The position numbers and the translations under genes are program-made. A stretch of 64,000 nt of DNA, taken from the NCBI RefSeq assembly GCF_009914755.1, contig NC_060933.1; one strand, written 5' to 3'. This document shows positions 1 to 15,234 of the stretch, piece by piece. Every line of letters begins with the position of its first letter. Position 1 is the first letter of the stretch. The notes below the pieces were generated by a model. It worked only from the letters and a program-made list of their open reading frames with translations. It was not told the DNA's origin and did not search any database. The DNA comes from the human T2T-CHM13v2.0 reference genome, Homo sapiens.

Positions 1-367
<367 letters not shown>

Positions 368-552
368 TGAGGAAGTATTGTTGATGGTGGTTCTCTTGAC
401 TTTGAAGAGGTTGAACAGTGGAGAGTTCATCCTGTCGGTGAAAGGCCTCTGCCTGTGTTTTGTGCGCGTCTGAGCTCTGCAAGAGGAACGTCCTGTTCAG
501 ACGTGTCGGGGGCAGGAAACTTCAGTCAAGGCTCAGATTTCTTCTAACTAGG

Positions 553-700
553 GCAGTGGTTCCCAAACCTTGCTGCATAATAGAATTAACCTGGGAGCCC
601 AGGATGTACCCCATACTGCTGACAGCAGTGTCTGTGTGGGAGCTGGGCGACAGGATATTTTCAAGTTTTACAGGTGATTCCAGAGTGTAATGGAGAACCC
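553..700. mobile_element. MER5-like hAT-Charlie DNA element fragment
   Basis: cagtggttcccaaaccttgctgca...agaattaacctgggagc...caggtgattc...gagaacc resembles MER5 termini. Confidence 0.55.
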
Positions 701-937
701 CTTCTCTTTATGGACTTTTCTTGTGTCCACAAAAAAACTAGAGCATTTGGCATGGATCCCTGGTTGGAGATGCAGTGTCTGATAAGGCACCTAATTCACC
801 CCCAAAGCAAGCTTGAAGCCCTGGCCTGCCCACTGGGGGATATTTCAGGAATTTAAGGGAACAGAGAGACGGGCAGTTCTGACTGCACAGCAAGCCTCCA
901 CTGGAGCAGCCACCTGGGCTTCAACCGGCAGCCTAAG

Positions 938-1148
938 GCAGTGGTTCTCAGCAAGGCAATTTTGCCTCCTCCCCCAGCAATTGCCAATGCCTATTTGGTT
1001 GTCACAACTGGGAGTTAGGGGGTGCTACTGCCACCTAGTGTGTAGAAACCAGAGATGCTACTAAAATTCCTAAGAGGCACAAGACAGGCCCAGCAACAGA
1101 GAATTGCCTGGTGCAAAATGTCAGTGTTGGCAAGATTGAGCAACAGTG
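938..1148. mobile_element. MER20 DNA element
   Basis: cagtggttctca...ttggttgtcacaactggg...tgctactgccacctagtg...caaaatgtcagtg matches recalled MER20 consensus. Confidence 0.75.
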
Positions 1149-2189
1149 TCTGAATGGGACCCCAGGCATGACTCTGGGAGTGACTTGGGTTGAGGAATTG
1201 AGAGGTTGCTGTTAAGTAGATTTCGGATATCCCTAAGCTTCTACAAGGATGCAACTTTGTTATTGATACACATTGATAGATAAACCAAATCCTTACTTTT
1301 TTATTAAAAAAAAACATTCATTTTCATTTTTTTAAATTGCTTTTCATCTTTTCTACTTTTGAATTTTTAGTGATCTCTAAAACTGCAACAGAACAGCCCC
1401 TACATGTCCCTTTTCTCCCCAGTGGCAGGGGAACAGTGACAGCTTCTGCCTCTCAGGGGTGACTTCAAGGACTGAGGCTTGCAGAGAGCACTGAGAGCTG
1501 GGTCGAGCACATATTATGAGGTGGTGTTCAATAAATACTTGCTGTCATCGTGTATGTTCATGGTGTAGATACAGAAACAAATTTATTCAGTGTGAAACTG
1601 CAGCCTATGAAAAATCTCTAAATAAAAAGCAAGCATAAAAGTGCTGTGGACTCTTATTTCCTTGTTTTCTGTTCACCAAAAGATCTTTCAATCAAAATTG
1701 CCTGTCAAACTAAGTATTTCCTTTGAAATGCACAGTAATTACCAGGAGCTGGTATCATGCAAGGGCTGGGTTTGTCCCTGTAAGGATTATAACACAGTAG
1801 CTTGCACTAACTAGAATTTGGCACCTGATGAGAATCTTTACTGTCTGCCTGATTGGAGATTGGAGAGAGGGGTTCAGGACAGGGAGGAACCAGCCAGCTG
1901 AGGAGGCTGTTGAGTTGTGATTAAACCTGTGGACCTGAAAGGTGTCGCTATTGGACAGGAAGACACCAACATGTGCTTTGTTCCTGCGTCTTACCTTCCT
2001 GTCCTGGACAATCAAGTGAAATAAGGATTGCACAGCCAGAGAAACACACCGAGACGTGCTCTTTGTCCACCTGGCTTGCTTCTCACACCTGCTATGCTTG
2101 TTTCTGCCTCAGACCCACGGAATTGGCGTATGGAACACACACAGCTCTCCTTTTCAGAGAAAAGAAACTAATGCATTTTTCTCCAACAG

Positions 2190-2267
2190 GACGGAAAGAC
2201 GGCAGAAGATCTTGCTAGATCGGAACAGCACGAGCACGTAGCAGGTCTCCTTGCAAGACTTCGAAAG
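2190..2267 (+). CDS. DAPK1: DAPK1 coding exon 19 (78 nt), end of ankyrin-repeat region
   Basis: ctccaacag|GAC...AAG|gtgaga; translates DGKTAEDLARSEQHEHVAGLLARLRK, matching recalled DAPK1 protein; phase 0/0. Confidence 0.97.
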
Positions 2268-5090
2268 GTGAGAAGTTCTGTTATAGGTCTGAAGTTCTCT
2301 ACCTGTGTTTATGTGAAAAAGTCTCAGTCTTTTTCCTTATTTGAGAATGAGCAAAATGAGGCTCTAGACAGCCAGGTTTTAGGAACAGTGGTCCCTGTCC
2401 TGTGGTTTACATGTCAGTCGGTATAAATGCATCAGCTCCCTATCTGTTTTCTTCTCTATTTGGACTTGGAAATCATTTAGCATGTTTGCAGTTGCCGTGC
2501 CTGGTTTTCCTTCTCCCACTCTCTCTATAATAAACCACTCCCACAAAGTAGCGGGGGATGAGGACGCTGACTCTGCCTCTTTCCTTCTTATGTTTGAGCT
2601 CCAAGATGGCTGTTAAGCTCCTATTTATCAAACATTGTTGCTCTGAGGCTTAAAGAAACATGACAAAAATAAGTAAAGGCAGGTGCACCCTTTCCAGCCT
2701 ACAACATGACAGTTGTGTCAGGAGACTTCACAATAGCCATACCCTTTAATCTAGGAACTCTGTTTTATGCTTAAAGATGTTCACTGCAGTATTATTTATA
2801 ATACAGTAATAAAAATTGGAAACACAGATAACCCACGATAATGTCTAGTAAAGGGTCCTACAGCCATAGAATAGAATGGCTTTGGCCTTTTAAATATTTT
2901 AAGAAGTTTTACTAATAGGAGTTTATTGCTTGGGGTGGGGGGGGGTCACTGGGCTTCAAAGCAGAAGACAGATTGTATATAGGTAATAATCTCTACTATG
3001 TTAAAATCCATAGAAAGAAAATGATACAAGTGATGTTTTTCGATTTTGCTATTATACTCAACATTTTCTTCTTTAAACATTAGTGTATTTTAAAAAATTT
3101 AATTACTGTATTTTTTTTAAAATGTTATAACAATGGTAATCATTTTTTTAAAAACCACAAACTATCTAGAAATAAAATGATAATTCATTTGGTTTAAGTG
3201 CTTGCTGAGAAGATAATGTCCAAAATATGCTCCAGATATCCCACAAAGTTCTTGCCATATAGACCGAGAAGTGCCTGGGGAGAAGTGCTGAGGTCATAAC
3301 CTTCACAGCCCCTGAAGTTTATATTTTCATACATGTCCTGTGGTCTTGCCAGGGGCAGGGGGGGGGCCACAGATTGGGATAATTTCTTTCCTCATGCAGA
3401 ATATAGACTTGGAGAGACACACTTCATAAATGCATATTAAAACCCCTTGGAGTTGACCTGGCAGGGGTAAAATCATGGGTGATTGATTTTCACACCCTTC
3501 TGCTTTGGATTCTGAGAACTGGCCTCAGAGGCACTGAGCAGATGTTAATAAACTCTGAGAGCTGCGATTCAGTCTCCCCTTTGTCCTGGAAAGTCCAGAA
3601 AGAGACAAGTCAGGTAAAATTTCCCTAGCCTTACTCACCTGTTCTTACCAGAAATTCATAAATTACCATTATGGGCTCAGTGATTTCTCACTCTGTACCA
3701 TTATGGACTGTGTCATTATGCCAGCGAATTTGGACTAGAAACTCAAGGGAAACCTTTTCGTTTACAGGCAAAACAAGCAGGGGCAAGGGAGATCCCGTGA
3801 GTCGTGGTTACCATTCAAGAATGAGCCTTTTCATAGAGTTTCCTAAGTTTAAAATTCACTGTCTTTCAAGCAGAGGACCAGCCAAACCAGACACGTTGGG
3901 CACAGAATCTCACGCCTCTAGGCTGGTGTACATCCATTACCCAGGCAGCATCCATTGATAGTGAAAGGAGAAGAGAAGTCTGGTTTTTGCACAGGCTAAA
4001 AGAGCACAATTTCTTTTTCCTGTTAGTTATTAGGTCTCTATTACGGTCCACTAGTAGGAAGAAACACTATTAAGGAAGGCTGAAAGGCTTCTTCGACAGG
4101 CCTCATAGCTTTACCGAGTGCATAAGCCTGCTTGGTCAGGTGCGCTCAGGTTTCCACACAGAGAGGCTGCAAACCCACCTGCAGCACCTGGCACCTGGCT
4201 TGCATCCCTGAGTCCCCATGCTGTGCCCTCCCAGGTGTATGATGCCCTGGCTCAGCTCACACAGCGCCAGCACTTCCACCACTACCGCCCTCTGGAAATC
4301 CGCTTACCACATTCACTCTCAACTTCGAGTGCTGTTTACCATCTAAGAAACTGTATTACAGAGCAGGGGCCAGGGGGACCTGCAGTCAGCTCATTGTGAG
4401 GCGGACACTCAGCTGCAGCAAGGTGACCTGCAACACCCTGTCAGGTCACTCGGGAAACCCACCTCATGCAGAGGGAGGAGGCGTCTCGTGGGCTGTGCTG
4501 TGTTCTGCTGCCCATGCCCCCTTAGCAATGGTCCCTTCTTTGACTTAAAAGTAGCTTACTGTGCGAGATGCAAACCCACTGTTTGGACGAGTCTGAAAAC
4601 AGTGAAGGAATGCTCAGAAAAAGGACCGAGGGAGAGCAGTGTTGCACTAGCCGGGGATGGTCGGATCGGTGGTGGGTGGAAGGTCCTTCTCCCGTCCTCT
4701 GTCCCCGTTATCTGCAGCCTGCTTAGATGACTGGCATAGTGAGGAGTAGAGATGCAAAGCACCTTGCTGCGGCGCTTCCTCCAAATCCTCAGTGAAAGGG
4801 GCTTGTTCCCATTTAGAATTCTGAGTTTCTGGGGGTGGGCTCTCACCCTGTCTCAGTTTGGGATTTTCTTTTCTTCTATCCATTGGTACCTTTGTTTTTG
4901 GTGCCTAGATTTTTAAAAGAGATGGGAAGTGAACTATTACAGCTATAAAATACAAAATACAAAAATATAAAATATATTTTATAGTTTATAAAATAGAAAA
5001 AACTATAAAATACAAAATATTATTTTGTGTTTTACCATTATCCTGTGGTCTTTTTCTCTAAAGGAGAGGTCAAGGAAAAGAATAGTCACC

Positions 5091-5408
5091 TTTTTTTTCT
5101 TTGTTTTTTTTTTGAGATGAGGTCTTGCTCTGCGGCTCAGGCTGGAGTGCAGTGGCATAGTCAGGGCTCACTGCAGCGTCAAACTCCTGGGCTCCGGTGA
5201 TCCTCTTGCCTCAACCTCCCAAGTAGCTAGGACTACAGGCACGTCAGACACGTGTCTCCACACCCACCTGGCTAATTTTTAACATTTGTATTAGCAACTA
5301 TGTCTCAATACATTGCCCAGGCTGTCTCTAACTCCTGGCTTTTAGTGATCTTCCTACTCTGGCCTCCCAAAGCAGTGGGATTACAGGCGTGAGCCACTGC
5401 ACCTGGTC
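5091..5408 (-). mobile_element. Alu (J-type)
   Basis: Reverse Alu; TSD agaatagtca(c/t)ctt. Confidence 0.92.
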
Positions 5409-5504
5409 AGAATAGTCATCTTAATGCCCTAATTAAAGGACAACATCCCCCTTAGCACCCAGAGTCCAGTGAAAAGTCCCCCCTCATCTTTATGTAGAAG
5501 CAAA

Positions 5505-5752
5505 GTACAGAGTAGTGCCTAAGAGCAGAGACTGGAGGTCAGATGGCCTGGGATCCAACTCCAGCTCCGCCACGCTCTAGCTAGGTGAGCTAGCAAGCTG
5601 TTCAACAGCTCTGTGCCTCAGTGTCCCCGCTTGTCAAATGGTTGAGTCAGCTGCTACCTCCCACGACCGTGATAAGGGTTGGATGGGTCGATGTAGATGA
5701 TGTCCCTTGCACACTGCCTGCACACAGTAAGCACCACGTGTTTCCTGTTATT
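5505..5752 (+). mobile_element. MIR
   Basis: gcctgggatccaactccagctccgccac...ctctgtgcctcagtgtccccgcttgtcaaatgg MIR core. Confidence 0.7.
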
Positions 5753-6637
5753 GTTGGAACCCCGCAGACCACTCTGGAACAGCTGTGAGGTGCAGCAGTG
5801 GCCCCTGTGGCTGGGCACCCTGAGTGTCATTTGTGATGACAGCCACCATTGAGCGCTCAGTGTGTGCGGTGGGCACTGTGATTTTACAACACACAGTTTG
5901 TAAAGGTTTACAGAGGGGAATGTTGCTGCAGGAAACCTGGATTCAAAGAGGTGAGCAACATACTAATCAGTGCAGACCTGAGGTCCTGACCTGACCTGGA
6001 AATACCTGTGATCTGCTTTTAATCAATGGGCTCGGGGGGCTCCAGGGCAGATTCCTGGCCAGATGGGATATGTCCTTTCCACACTGGCTGCTGTACCTGT
6101 GCTGAGCCACCTGCTTTGTAGTGCACAGGGATCTCCTTCCCATGGGGAGGCCCAGGGTTCTAATTCCCTCAGAATCTTCTAGATGCTGTGTTCAAGGAGT
6201 CCCTGGAATTTGTTTGTCTTCATCATCCCTCAGTGGGCTCTTGACGTTAGCCCCTGATTAGCCATAATGGGAGGAGTTGTCTGCCAAGCATTGCTAATTG
6301 CGGTCTTTCTTCCTTGTGTATGAATATAAATCCCCATGCAAGTAACTGCTTGGCACCTGGGCACACCCGGTACTGGAATTTGGTTATTGGAAATGACTGA
6401 GCTGTCGCGGCAGCTTCCTTGGAGAATGCATCGCTGAGGATTGTGGGGAGCCCAGAAGCAGGCAATGCCTGTGGAGGACACCAGGAAGGGGACTGACCTG
6501 CAGTTCTAACTTGGGTCACCTGGAGGAGGAGACAATCGGGTACATGATCGGGGAGGGGAAGGGAAAGAAGAAGTCATTCACCCTGCAGAGCATCTTAGGA
6601 CCATTTTCCTTTCCATGTCATTTCTCCTTGATATTCC

Positions 6638-6833
6638 CCAGTGTTTCTCACTGGGTGCTGTTGGCAGTTTGGGTGACTGGGAGGCCCTGTCCTTGCAGGA
6701 TGTTTCTTGTCCCTGGCCTCCAAGCATCTAACATGCTAGCATTCCCTACAGCCATATTGTGAAAACCAAAAGAATCCCTCCACACATTTTCTCTCAACCC
6801 CTAGGGTGCTACCACACTCTGCAAGAACCACTG
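6638..6833. mobile_element. MER20-like element, opposite orientation to the 938 copy
   Basis: cagtgtttctca...gcaggatgttt...tccctggcctc...ttgtgaaaaccaaaa...agaaccactg. Confidence 0.6.
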
Positions 6834-7811
6834 CAGGTTGATCCAAAGCGCTGTCCTGGGGAGAGGTCTGTATCTGGGACAGCTGAGGATGGTGGCCCTA
6901 CATTGCCTGCCATTTTATTTGGTTTCCAAATGGGCCAATTGAGCAAAAGAAATACTTTCTATCTACGCTGTCAGCTTTCATCAGTTGACATTGCCTAGCA
7001 ATGTGTCTTTAAACTATATTTGCTAGGGAAGCAATGGGATTTGGCATCTGGAAATAGAACCAAAATCATCCTGTTTGCCCGCAGCAGTGGAAGATGTGCA
7101 GGGGAGAGGGACTGGCTGTTTTGATCACTGGAGAGTTCAAGGGGCAGGAGACTGAAGACTGCTGAGGCCAAGGCTACAGCTCTTGGGGAAGAAGGAACCT
7201 GGGGCAGGGCTGAGCTGCATGGGATCGACTCTGACGCACCTCCACATTAAGTGAACTCGGGCAGTAGTGTGCAGGAGCCTCTGGTGCTGTCCCTGAGCGC
7301 CGAGCTTGTTTTCCCAACCTGGTGACATCACATGGGAGTCTTGAAATCAGCCAGGGAGGGAGCATTTGCACCACAGGAATCAGCAAATGCTAGAGATGAA
7401 GTCTGCTTCTCCCTACCAAAGGTTGTTGATAGGTTCATCATTGCTTTGGGGGTCCCTGAGAGCCCGCGCTTGGCTGTAGGTACCACCTTATCACAGAGGG
7501 AAGTTGTACCTTCTACTTCCTTGCGCTCAGTCAGTAACAGAGCCCTGGGCAGCTGTCCAAACCTGCCTGAGGACTGTGTTGTTGCTCAGCCAAACCCAGT
7601 TCTCCTTCTAGAAGAAAGGAGGGACCCCTTCTATGGGAAAGGGGTTGATCTAGATTTTTATATCAGCACCCATTTTTACTATAATCACTGCAAGTTCCAT
7701 TCTTATCTGATTTTAAAATAAGAATTTCAAGGGGGTTGAGGAGTTGGCTTATTTTTATTTTGTTTGGCCATCCTTCTAATCAGATTTTCCGTAAGCCTGA
7801 AATTAAAAGTA

Positions 7812-8262
<451 letters not shown>

Positions 8263-8651
8263 TTAAAAGTTGCTGCACCATCCGTGCAGTCTCACTGCAC
8301 CCTGCCACATGGGCAAGGCCACATCGCCTCTCAGTGCTCTTATCTGGCCTTCCCAGACCGTGAATGGTCTTCCCCATCAGCTTGCTAATGTTTAGTCTTC
8401 TTGTCTGATGAGAAAGTGAAAGCTAAGTTGCTAGGGAGAAAACAGTACTGGAAGAAAGAAAAGTAGAAACTAGGAGATTTACCAGGGCTTCAAAGAGCAA
8501 CACAGTTACCAAATAACATTCATTCACTCACACACTGAAAAGATATTTCCAGTGTCTACTGTAAGAGCTGTTCTAGGCACTGCAGAGACCACAGTGAACA
8601 AAATCGGCAGAACCCAGCCAAGAAACCGATAAGAAAAATGTGTAAGTCAGG

Positions 8652-8818
8652 TCAAGGGGTGGCAAACAATGGCCTACAACCCACTGCCTGCTTCTGTAAA
8701 TAAAGTTTTATTGAGACACAGCTACACACTCTTGTCTGTGCCTGGTGTTCCTACATGGCAGAGTTGAGTTGCCACAGAGACCATCTGGCCCTCTACAGAA
8801 AGGGTTGCTGCCTCCTGG
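8652..8818. mobile_element. MER58A DNA element within L2-like sequence (~8510-9330)
   Basis: caaggggtggcaaac...tgtaaataaagttttattg...ggcagagttgagt...cagagaccatctggccc. Confidence 0.7.
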
Positions 8819-9440
8819 GGTAGGTGCCATGCAGGGAATTGAAACAGGATGAAGTGAGATGAGAGGATGGTGGAGTCTACTTTCACCTGGCTGATGAGGA
8901 CCTCTCTGATGTGACACTGAAACCAAGACCTGAAGGGCAAGAAGAAGGAAGCAGCCCGAGGAAGGGCTGGAGGAAGACAGAGGAATAGGGAGTGCAAGGG
9001 GCCGGGTAGTGAAGGGTTGGAGGAGCTCAAGCATAAAACAACAAAGAAGGAGGGTAACTGGGCTAGGGTCAGAGGATGTACCTGGGTGTGCAGGCAGAGA
9101 ACAATGCCCGACATGACCCGAGAGGCGGCACAGCTCTATAGACCTTACCCAGCGGGTGAGGAGTTTGGGTTTGGGCCAAGTGCAGGCAGGTGTGAGATCT
9201 GCCTTAGGTTTAGGAATTCTCCCGGCTGCTCAGACTGGAGCCTCAGGGTCAGGATGGGGAGCAGAGGGACCTGATAGGAGGTGATCTTGGCAGCCAGGGG
9301 AGATGTGACGGTGCTTGGACTGGGGCTGTCCAGGCTCTATTACTTAGTGAGCCTTGGGCAAGAATACCAGGGAGGCTCCTACTCCTGTGTAAATATTTAA
9401 AGGATGTGATTAGAGCTAATACAGGTAAATACATTCTACC

Positions 9441-9442
<2 letters not shown>

Positions 9443-9492
<50 letters not shown>
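9443..9492. repeat. (AC)25 microsatellite
   Basis: Perfect dinucleotide run. Confidence 0.97.
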
Positions 9493-9496
<4 letters not shown>

Positions 9497-10529
9497 GTGA
9501 CCACCTGGAAGGTTCTGAGTCAGAATTCTGCGCTCCTTGGAGTTCGGTTCTGCCTCCTCCTCTCCCCAGCCTGGTCTCGCCCTGACTGCAGGAGGTCTTG
9601 CCCACACCCTGGATACCCCAGGTCTCCTGAGTACCCTCCAGCCACACCCACAGACCTAGGGGACACACACTGGAGAGCACTTCAAACCATGAGCCAAAAA
9701 TGTCGGTGGCACCATAGTCCCCTCTCCTCTCCCCTAGAGGTGTTGGCTGCACATGGCTCCCACCTGGCCCAGCCAGGGAGGGCCCGACCAGCCTGGGCTT
9801 CGTGCCAGCCAGGTCTCAGGGTTGTCTTGTAACTTGTGTTAAACACACACTGTGTAAGGACTACTGAACTCCCCCTCCAAATAAATCAGTCTTCCTAGCA
9901 CCTTCTAGACCTGGCCTGGAGCCCTCTCTGAGTTGGAGATAGATCATTACGTGGATGAAAGCTGCTTTCCCAGGGAGAGGCCTCTGCGCCACAACCCGTC
10001 CCTACCCGCCATCTGGTAGTGAAACGTGAAAACGTGCCTCCACCAATGAGGGAGATATATTCGGATGTGCTTAGATTCCCCAAGGTTCTTAGTGAGCAGG
10101 ACGAGGGGTCATCTGCCAGGATCAGCTGAGATTTTCTTGTGAAGGGAAATACCCGAGGATATTTTGCTTTTCTTTGCCTTTCAAGATGATGGTGAATTCT
10201 GTAAGTCTAGATCAGCGCAGTTTCCTGGCCTCTCTTCCCAAAGACTTGGTGAAGGGTGAGTGGGCACATCTTGGCCAAGGCTGACAGCTCCTGGTGGAGG
10301 GGAAGGGGGTGCACCAAGGACAGGTGCACTCCAATATTTCACTCCAAAGGGTGCCCTATTCAGGAAGTGCCTTCCGAGTGGGATGCACTGTGAGGGGCCC
10401 TCCTTGGATGGTCCTCAGTGCTGTGGGGTTCACCTTCAATGTGCACATCCCTGTCTGTTCCTGTCTCCTCTGCTTCTGAGGAACCTGCCACCTCCCTTTC
10501 AGTGTCCAGCAGTGGGAGGAAGACCTGGT

Positions 10530-10710
10530 AGTGAGTTCTGGCTTTGCTCTGTCACCTTGGGCAAGTGCCTTGGCCTCTCCAAGCCTCAATTTCCTCATCC
10601 GAAAGGGAGGAGGATGGCATTAACCACAAAGGTTCCTTGGAGGTTTTCATAGGGAATGTGAGTGAAGGCATAGCATGAGCTGGAAGGCGCCGTGCACGTG
10701 GAAGTTACTG
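10530..10710 (+). mobile_element. MIR
   Basis: ctgtcaccttgggcaagtgccttggcctctccaagcctcaatttcctcatc. Confidence 0.7.
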
Positions 10711-13674
10711 CTGCAGACAGGAAACACATCTGTCTCAACTCCTCCTGCTGCCTCCTCCCTCCTTCTCCATTTATTGTGCTGGCCCATGAAACAGGCAGAT
10801 TGCCAGGAGCTTCTGAACCAGCATTGCCCTGCGTGGAATTTGAAGGAGTGAGCTGGACTGTCAGTACAGGGAAGTCACAGGCATAGCTTGCCCTCATACA
10901 CAGGAGCAAGTCAGCCTGCAGGTTCAGTCGCTTCTAGAAGCCTCTCACAGGGGCAGCGGTGTCTGTAGTTGACCATGGTTCGAGTCTCCTGAGAGTGGAA
11001 GGGCCTGTGGGATTCCTGCAGAAGGAATGAGCTTGCCCCATTCCTGCAGACAGGACAGACGTGTGTGCTGAAGCTCAAAGTGTCAAGATCCACAGGCACA
11101 AAACAGGAAGAAAGAGCTGCAGGCAGATTCATGGCACAGTTTCTTTACCAAAATGGGGGCACCCGGGATCCAGTGACTGGATTTAACCAGGAGCAGTTTT
11201 CTGCCTTCCCCTGGTCTCAGATGAAGCAGACTCGGGCCGGTACCAAGAATCTCTGTGTGGCAGGAGCTGCGTTCAGGGAATAGATGGGGAAGTTTGCATC
11301 TACCCCGTGGGATGCTCACCATGGAAGGTGACCACTGCTCAGCACAGTGGACGCAGCTCAGGTGCTCATGCATGGCATGGTGTGGGTATAGCCTTGGACT
11401 CACAAGGAAGACCCAGGGCTGCTGCGGAAGGCTGGAGTAGGCTGGGAGGTGGAATTGCTCCAGGGTCGGTGGCAGCGCGGCAGCATGGGCGCACCTGGTG
11501 CACGTGGCGTTGGGGACAATTCAGAGCCCCATTCCTTCCAGCCTGACAGGTGCCACCCCCAATGAGTAACTCCTCATAATAGAATCTGTCCAGCTTTTTT
11601 GCTGATTCAGGTAATCAGTCAGGGACATTGCTATCAAGACCCCCAGTCCTTTCCTTTCCCTTTGGTGCTCTGTCTCTGAACCTGTTGGGATTTGAGGTCA
11701 GAAGAAAACACCAGAGTACAGACCACCTCGTGTTCTACAGATCATGGTTTGGTGCCGTGGCCTCCACCCCAGCTGCCCCAGCATTTTACAACACACCTTG
11801 TGTCACGCTCCCTTGTAGAATTTATAGACAGGGACGCACCTACTACACAGATAGTTTCAAAAGATCAGTAGCATGCCCTAACTGTAATATAACACAGACC
11901 TTGTGGGAGCATGCGCATAGTGAAATATGCTGGATGTCAGCATGCATGTGCTAGGACACAGGCAGGAGGAGGCTGGGAAACCCAGCAGGTCCCTGCACTC
12001 ACGCACAGGATCACTGAGTGCAACCCCCATAGACGCCCATGGACACTGGAGGGCTGGGATGGCAGCTCCAGCACCACAGCAGCGTGCTGAGCTGATGTCC
12101 AGAAATCGGAGACAGCACTCAGCAAAGATAAAAGGAAAAAAGCAAAGTGTAGTTATTTGCCAATCTATAAAATAGCAGCATTCGTGGATAACTCAGTATA
12201 TATTAAATACTGCCCCCAAAACCCTGTGGATGATGTGTAAAATGTAGTTAAGTTCTCAGCTCAGATGATTGTAAACAGGCTTTTCCCCTATATAAATGCT
12301 CATCAGATGCTCAGAAGTCAGGGGACCCAGGAGAATTCTTCGCTGTGAGGGGCATTTTGTTACAGGGTGTCTGGACACCCAGCGTCTGGCTGCAGGAATA
12401 TCCCCTCAACATTGTGGGAACTAAAATGCCACCTCAGATTTCCACAGTGCCCACCAGGGGTCAGTATAGTTCCTGTTGAGGAAGTCTGGTCCTGGCTTAG
12501 GAATTGCAAATGGAAATAGGAAAATCAAAGCCTTCAGGAGAGTTATGTATGAGATTGTAGCAATGCAGTTATAACAGCAAAAGTAACACTGGCTTTTGCT
12601 GCTGGAAGAGATCAGGAGATCAGAAGTAAGTGAGCGCCTCCCAGGATTTAGAACTGAAGGAATGGTCCCGCCAGGTGTAGATCACATGGAGGTGCCCTTG
12701 CGTGGGTCCCTCTGAGTTCTGTCATTTATATGACACTGGTTTATGGCGATTCTACACCTGCCAGGGCTGGGAATTCCGTCTGTCCCCGCAGATGGGCTCC
12801 TGGTCTAGAAGGGAGAGCACCCCATAATTACAGGTCGGGGGTCACCATGGAGAGCCACACATGGTGGGAAGAAGCAACCAGGAGGAGATGGCAGGCAAGA
12901 CAGGTTTTGTGGGTTTGTGGGAACCCACAAAGCAGGTTAAAGCAGAGGGGGTCCTCCTGGGTAAGGGTGAGGAAGAGGCTTCAGGCTGCACCTCACGGCT
13001 CCAAACAGGTCCTTGTTAGGGAGCAGGGCAGGAGTGGTGGGAAGGGATGGTGGCCTGTGAGGGGGTGTGACACCAGGGTGGCATGGTCAGAGCCACATCA
13101 CGTAAACCTTGAGCAGGTTCCCTTGGGTGCACTGAACGCCTTGCCTACACTATCCTGTTAAAAGCTCTTACTTGGTATTAGATGTGAAATTGTTCACATG
13201 TCTGTATCTCCCCAAGACCATGGATCTGGGCTGAATCTAGATTTTCCTGTTGTCAGCACTGCGCTTAGCATGGGGTTGGAGGGCCTCCCTAAATGCTGGT
13301 TGATGAATGAAGGAGTGAGTGAGTAGCGAACTATTTCATTCTGTGGAGCCTCCTGCTTCTCCATATCAGATGGAAAAAGAAGAAAGTAATGAGGATATTG
13401 TGTTCCCAGCCCCCTCTGCAGCATGGAGCTTGTACGTTGGAGTGCCCCTTCTCTCATCCTCTTGTCCCATTACTGCCCTAAAGGATCCAGACACCTCCAC
13501 ACAGAGAGGGACAGATGCTCTTGCTGGTCAGACAGGGCTGATCCTATTTCATGATTAAATCGAAGGCTTCTACCTTTCTTCATCTCCTGGCTTTCCATTT
13601 TCTTTCAGCCTCTTAATTGATTAGGGTAAATTTTTGATTATCCTTTTTATTTTATGTGTTTAGTAATATATTAA

Positions 13675-13997
<323 letters not shown>

Positions 13998-14234
13998 ATT
14001 TGTTGTAGGTCTGTTCCTAGGCTTCTTAGGTTGTCATGTGGTTGAAACCAAAAGTGATGGTAGATATTTTTAATACTCACATACAGGTGACATTGCCATG
14101 AAGTTAAATCAAAAGTGCTAGTAGCTATTTAACAGTAAGATAAGGTTCCTATTCCAGACCTACAGTTATGAAGTGGACATTTGGGCCATCCAATTATGTT
14201 TTTCTGATAAATTTCTAAATAAAGTGTGGGGGTC

Positions 14235-14272
14235 ACACACACACACACGCACACACACACACACACACACAC
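14235..14272. repeat. Interrupted (CA)n microsatellite
   Basis: Seen directly. Confidence 0.92.
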
Positions 14273-14309
14273 ATTGAAGGCTTCACAGTTGCTCCATCCA
14301 ACTTGTCAT

Positions 14310-14979
<670 letters not shown>

Positions 14980-15011
14980 TCACTCACTGGCTCTTTCTCA
15001 TCCATGCTCAG

Positions 15012-15234
15012 GATACGCACCGAGGACTCTTCATCCAGCAGCTCCGACCCACACAGAACCTGCAGCCAAGAATTAAGCTCAAGCTGTTTGGCCACTCGGG
15101 ATCCGGGAAAACCACCCTTGTAGAATCTCTCAAGTGTGGGCTGCTGAGGAGCTTTTTCAGAAGGCGTCGGCCCAGACTGTCTTCCACCAACTCCAGCAGG
15201 TTCCCACCTTCACCCCTGGCTTCTAAGCCCACAG
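15012..15234 (+). CDS. DAPK1: DAPK1 exon 20 (223 nt), start of ROC GTPase domain with P-loop GHSGSGKT (15090-15113)
   Basis: gctcag|GAT ACG CAC...ACA G|gtagga; DTHRGLFIQQLRPTQNLQPRIKLKLFGHSGSGKTTLVESLKCGLLRSFFRRRRPRLSSTNSSRFPPSPLASKPT; phase 0/1. Confidence 0.97.
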
